Below, in pieces: positions 51,071-56,372 of a stretch of 56,372 bases of DNA. The translations under genes and the position numbers were made by a program. Under the pieces are notes generated by a model. The model was not told the DNA's origin, did no database searches, and saw only the letters and a program-made list of their open reading frames with translations. The number at the start of each line of letters is the position of its first letter. The stretch's first letter is position 1. Source of the stretch: Pseudovirgaria hyperparasitica (Eukaryota); the NCBI GenBank assembly GCA_010093815.1, contig ML996573.1; one strand, given 5' to 3'.

Positions 51071-52963
51071 ATGAGTTCTCTAGAGAGAGTAGATACCCTA
51101 GTCGACGCGAACGAAGATGAATTTTTAGATAGTAGACATAGTTTACTAATTATCTATAACTTCGAAGCTAAGGACGATAATAAGGAGCCCCCAATAGCTA
51201 ATCCACGTAACTACGTAGTAATTAGCTAAATCGAAATGTATAAGAACGAAGACTAGTACGTTAAAGAGAGTAAGCTTTATACTTAGCTTCTCTAAAGCTC
51301 CTTATTCCTTTAACGTAACCGATGCTAGTTGAAATACTTTACGCTTAAACTTAACGCGAACATTTATAAGCGGAAGTAGAACGAATAGTCTAATACTAGC
51401 TACGAGGAGCTTAAAGATAAAATCGTCTAAATAATTACTAGTATCGCCCTCGTACTACGCACTTATATAGGCTCCTAAGACTAGATTACTAAGTATATTT
51501 AGTGCGGTCGTGCCGCGGAGGTGCTATTAAGTAAACTTATTCTAGCTAGAGAGTAATACTAGCATCTAATACTAGAAGACCTCGCGGAGGATTCTAAGGA
51601 AATCGCCCGCGATAACTATACGCTATCACACGGTAATAGCACGAAAGAAATCGAGGAGACTTTATCTAGCCATAAGGTAATGAAAGCGCTAGGGAACCGA
51701 GAACCGAACGAGCTTAGTAAAACAAGTAGCGCGATAACGGTTGCACTAGTACCAACCGTTATAGAAAATATAAACATGGTCGATAATAGCGAAGACGAGG
51801 GTAGCGACAACGAAACTTCGGACCTTAGCATGGTTTTCGGTAGTAAGTATACCCTAGTAGACCGTATAGCTATCCTTAAGCTACTCTACGGCTCTCTAAA
51901 ACCTACGCTCTAGAAGAATAAGGAGCCTTACTTTAAGCACTAAGGGCGACTCTATACAAAGTACTACCGGGCGCTATTTACTAGAGATAAGAAGGGAAAA
52001 AACATATTTATAAAGAAGTACTAGACTAGTTACATAGGTATGGATATTAATAAGAGGGAGGTAGCCCTACGCCACGAGACTACTTTTAATATCTAAGGTA
52101 AAGTCCGTAAACGTTAATAGAAGGTATGGCGTTAAGGGCACATTCTAGACGATAAAAATAAAGGTAAGTTCGCTCTAATTTCGAGTCTTACACGCTATAA
52201 GCTCTCCTAAATAGGGGCTAAGAGGATACTTAATTAGGCGGTACGAAGCTAGGTATTTAACGCGGCTAAGGAAAAATTCCGTGCTAGAGACGAAGTAAAG
52301 TCTCTATAGAATAGCTAGATTTAGTACTTAAAGGAGAAGAATAATCTTAACGATCTTAAGCGCTAGCTACGTAAAGATTTCCTTCGATAGTAGGGGGAAG
52401 ATAAGAAACGCCTCCTTAAAAAGAAAGCGGCCCTAAATAAAGCTCGAGATAAGTTCATCTAAAGGCTTAACAAAGCTAAGGGTAAGATACTCTAATTAGA
52501 AGAAGAACGTAATAACACGCGGAGGAATGTCTAAACCCTTTAATCTATCCTTGGCACGCTCTTAACGGGAAGTTTAGACGCTATTCTTACTAAGTATAAA
52601 ACTATAAACCGTAGTAAGGGACCTAGTTATGAAATAGTAGTAGGTGGAGCTATGGTTAGTAATATGTCTACCTAGCCGTAAAAAACGATGATTGAAGAGA
52701 ACATACTCTTAGGTCTTGTAATGTAGGTAACCGAGCCATTGAGGATGGCATTTTCGAGCACCTTTACTAGCCCTTACCACGCCTTACCGCGGAATGTTTC
52801 CCCCATGATAGTTTAGAACCTAATGTTTTTTACTAAAGACAACCTATATACGGAGGTTGTAATAGTAATATAATAAGACCCGGCAAATGAGAAATATAAT
52901 ATCTCTATAGTTGGCGAAGAACGGGGGATTGAAATCGGATAAGTAGCTTAGAGAAGAAAATGA
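51071..52963 (+). pseudogene. Extra 630-codon ORF between pol and the 3' LTR of the outer element
   Basis: ATG 51071 and TGA 52961-52963 are in one frame with only TAA/TAG interruptions. It contains track ORF 51680-51913 and an E/K/R/Q-rich coiled-coil-like stretch at ~52230-52540. Confidence 0.75.
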
Positions 52964-53211
52964 TAACTATAGCGTAAGAGAGTTACAATTAAACCGACTC
53001 TAGCTTTAACCGTATCGCGGAGGATTAGGTCTATAGTTAGTACTATATATTAGAATAAATACTACTTTTAGTAGGGTAAATCTAAGGATAAAATAGAGGG
53101 GGGGGAGAAGAGAAGTTAGAAAACTCTAGGAACTTAGGACTTAGGCGTTTAACTTTTAAGGAAACATAGGGTTACATATATAAGAAGTTTAAGAGACATC
53201 TAATAACATAT

Positions 53212-53226
53212 AGAGAGAGAGAAGGA
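53212..53226 (+). promoter_or_regulatory. Polypurine tract
   Basis: agagagagagaagga abuts the 3' LTR. Confidence 0.85.
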
Positions 53227-53334
53227 TATTACTCTAAGGGATTAGTACCTTAGTACTAACTTAGTAGATACCTTATGTACTCTAGCCTCTTCCTATAGAT
53301 ATCTACTAATATAATAAGAGATATAAACCCTATA
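53227..53334 (+). repeat. 3' LTR of the outer element
   Basis: 108-bp direct repeat of 35932-36039. Confidence 0.95.
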
Positions 53335-53387
53335 GCACTTGGAAGCTAGAGGAGCTAAGGTACATTAGAGAGAATAATAAAGAATAA
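53335..53387 (+). pseudogene. OCH1: Displaced native 3' end of OCH1
   Basis: Joining at the gcac TSD gives FEG-TWK-L-EELR-Y-I-R-ENNKE*, the RIP'd form of GTWKPEELRHIGE..., matching the usual Och1 tail GTWKPE..RHIG. Confidence 0.88.
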
Positions 53388-53832
53388 ACTCTAAGAGATG
53401 TCTATCTCTTATATCGGTCTCTTCTAAGATAATATTATATTAGCATTTTAGAAGAGCTTTAGAATTGAATTATAATTTTAGTTATTATAAATTACCTAGT
53501 CTATAAGAAGGTATATAGAGCGTAGATATATAAATTTATACTTTTTTTTAAATATATAATTATTAGTATAGATAAATATCAAGAGTTATACTTAAATCAA
53601 ATGGTTTATTAGTAGGTTAGCTAATTAGTAAGTATATTAACTTATTAATAAACTAACATAGAGCCGAACCTCTTCGGTTGAAATCCCTAATCTGGTCGGC
53701 ACAGCTAGCAGCAAGGATTTAGCGTCTAAGCTTGGGTCGCGACTTACCAAAGTCGTGCAACAAATGCTTCCGAACCACATTTCTAGCTTCAGACAATCTA
53801 TCTTCGAGTCATTCAATACTTGCTCAACCTGA

Positions 53833-55247
53833 TTACAAGTTCCCTCTTATCCAAGGATGCCCAAGCAACTCCTTCGCGGTCCACCGATCCTCAGGCCTCC
53901 ACTGCAACATGCACCTCACAAACTGCAAGAATTCTTCCTTTTTTTCTCCGTCCAGATTTTCTTCCGAGCTCTCCAACGTCAAGCCTTGCGGTATACATGT
54001 ATCGGCTAACCAATTTCCTAATAGAACTTCGGTTAGCTTAAGGCGGTACGTTGGGCGTACAGTCTCACCTTCACCATCGAAAAATTCTTTACTCCGCGCT
54101 CCTCTCTCTAGCATATCCGTCGGCGGCGGACCGAGCATCGCGACTAGTTCCGCGAGATGAGCCCTGGTCATGTATCGGTTTTCAGCTGGATCGATGCCGT
54201 AGAAGAGATGTTTACTCTCGTAGAGGTCCCAAATCTGTGCACTTAGGTCAATGTCTGGTTTCGCCTCAGGCTTGAGACGGTACGCACCATCGCTCCAACG
54301 TTCCAGATATCAGCTGGATAACCCCATTCAGTCTTCAGCATGACCTCTGGGCATCGGTAGACATCTGGTTGCGCGTGATGGATCTGAGGTTTGTCGCCAC
54401 GAACTGCAGAGCCGAAGTCTCCAAGGACAACACGGCCATACTCTTTCGGCAACCCGAACTGGCGTGTCGCGTAGATTGGCTTGCCGTCCACGACTTTTCG
54501 AGGCGAGGGAGATGTCATTTCGGCGTCAACAAAGGCTTTCAAGATGCCCTGGTCCTCAATTTCTATGAGGATGTTGTCGGCTTTTATGTCTACATTTTTG
54601 TCAACAGAGTTGCGGGAAGACATGTGTTGAACCGTACCTGTATGTATGATCTTGGCTTCTGTATGAAGGTAATCGAGTGCGAGGAACACTTGCGACAAAC
54701 CAGCTTTTAGCAGCTCGTCCGTGAAGCGGTGCGCAGGGTTTCTGTTCAAGAGATCCTTGAAACTATCCCACATTGGTGTCTGGACAAGACATCGATGATC
54801 GCCACCTTGTCGGGGAATAGTAAACAAGTCAAGAGCTGTCCGGACGTGATTGTACCCTGGATGCGAAGCATTGCCTTGGCTTAAGATACTGTACATGCTG
54901 TACTCATCTTCATCCATTCCCTCTCTTATGAAAACTTTCAAGGTCGTGTAAGCATGGTGACTGGTGTACTGTTAGTATAGATAGCATAATTGCCGAATGG
55001 TAACTTGCTTCAGATCACGGGCCAGCCAAACAGTTGACGTAACACCAAAACCAAGTTTGCCTACTACTTGGTACTTCGACGCAAAGACATCTCCTATGTT
55101 GACCGGATAGTAGACACCCCTGTGGAACTCCTCAAGCTGTTCTTCTTCAAACAATACTGCGTCGCTAACGACTTCAAAACCGGATGTCGGAAAGTTGAGT
55201 TTGGGCCATGGTTGTCTTCGAAAGAGTGACTTCGCGAGTTTGAACAT
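53833..55247 (-). CDS. SRPK-like (CMGC) Ser/Thr protein kinase, 5 exons, 404 aa
   Basis: Exons 55009-55247, 54638-54960, 54288-54589, 54069-54234 and 53833-54017 total 1215 nt. Motifs KLGFGVTSTVWLARD, LKV, IIHTDIKADN, LGDFG, YRCPE, DIWNVG and MLQWRPEDR. Confidence 0.92.
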
Positions 55248-55399
55248 AGGGAAACGTGTAAAGAGCGTATCGTAATATAAAGTACTAGGGCGGAAGGCTG
55301 CAATCAGCCTTAAGTTTAAGGCTACTTTCCTAAAATTATATAGAGTAGAGTATTATAGAGTAGAGTATTATAGAGATAGAGAAAGTTATATAATATATC

Positions 55400-55400
55400 T

Positions 55401-55431
<31 letters not shown>

Positions 55432-55490
55432 ATAACTAGATAGAGTAGTTTACTCTATAGATATATACCTTCTCTAGTCTAAGCTATTAT
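55400..55490 (-). mobile_element. LINE 3'-end fragment with tail
   Basis: (taa)n...tatataactagatagagtag...ccttctctagtctaagc, matching 7530-7606. Confidence 0.8.
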
Positions 55491-56372
55491 TATTATAGAA
55501 GGTAATAAGAAGATAGATAATAGTAAGAACTATAGACTAAAGATTCTATATATATAGCCGTAGATTCTATAAAGTAGCTAGTAATTAATATATACTTAAC
55601 TAAGATATAATAACTCTATTCTTAATATATTAGTAGCTAAAAGTATACTACTAGCTAGTTATTTTTAAAAGAAAGATAGTACTAGTTAAATATAAGATAC
55701 TAATATCTAAATATACTAGTTCTCTAGAACTAAATTAAAAGATATTAATACTCTAACTTAGTAAATAAAAGATACTTCTATAAAATTTAGTAAAAGAAGT
55801 TTATAAATATAGTAAGATAATTAGTAAGGATAAAAGAATACTAGGTACTAGATAACATTTATTAATATTAATATTATTAAGACTTATAAAAGTATTAAAT
55901 TATAAAAGAAAGTTCTAAGAAAGAAGCTAAGGAAATAGTAAATAAAGGATTTACTACTAGAGGAAAATAAATAGTAAATAAAGAATTTACTACTAGAGAG
56001 AAATAGAAATAAGTATCTATAGAAAGGCCTTATCTTATTCTAACTATACTAAATTTATAAGACTTATTCTAGAGAATTATATAAATATAGTATAAGTACT
56101 AGTATTTCTAAATAAGTTATATATTAAAAGAATTAAGCTCTCTATAATTCTCTAGTTTCTATTAAGTAAGAAATATAATACTATACTACGACTAGTTATA
56201 CTTAGTACTAGCTAAACTCTACTTTATAGAAATAGTATATAAAGTCTTAGTTTCTATAAGCTACTAAGGTTAGAGTGTAAACTTAACCTCTACTATATCT
56301 AATAAGTTTATATAAGGTATTTCCTTATTAGGAATAGCTTAATATTAGTAATCGATATTACTAATATTATCT

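Larger units (their letters stand above)
35932..53334 (+). mobile_element. Ty3/Gypsy LTR retrotransposon (~10.0 kb net) with 108-bp LTRs, inserted in OCH1 and interrupted by a second element
   Basis: LTRs at 35932-36039 and 53227-53334; TSD gcac at 35928-35931 and 53335-53338; PBS and PPT. Motifs: gag knuckle (~37882-37923), protease LFDGGA (~38698), RT, RNase H (ATDAS, TTEREALA, YTDH, IADGLSR) and integrase (MDYIGP, DNGSHF, HPQSVGLSE, RWEGPY). Confidence 0.93.

Noticed and set aside
55490..56372. Possible further TE with a ~37-bp duplication near 55935-56010
   Set aside because: Too degraded to assign any family or frame.

Overview
Filamentous-ascomycete genomic DNA: an AT-rich nest of transposons degraded by RIP (repeat-induced point mutation: TpA excess, CpA/TpG loss, frames broken almost only by TAA/TAG), with two GC-balanced host genes. 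Reverting RIP changes by eye gives a clear architecture. (1) A 27-kb DNA transposon (174-27208; about 21.7 kb without a nested LINE) has 27-bp TIRs and subterminal repeats. It encodes a Plavaka-type transposase, a ~1550-aa UPF1/DNA2-like SF1 helicase with three CCHC knuckles, a SNF2-family ATPase and several unidentified ORFs. It sits inside the integrase of a Ty3/Gypsy element, which itself abuts a LINE 5' fragment. (2) A full-length Tad1-like LINE with TSD (7530-12837) carries the same 31-bp hairpin at both ends. (3) An OCH1-type alpha-1,6-mannosyltransferase gene is split ~16 codons before its end by a 17.4-kb nested LTR insertion. The outer Gypsy has 108-bp LTRs, a 4-bp TSD and an extra 630-codon ORF after pol. 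The inner chromovirus has an antisense Cys-rich ORF. (4) An intact 5-exon SRPK-like kinase gene has a GC-AG intron. All domain calls come from motif recognition by eye, not database searches.
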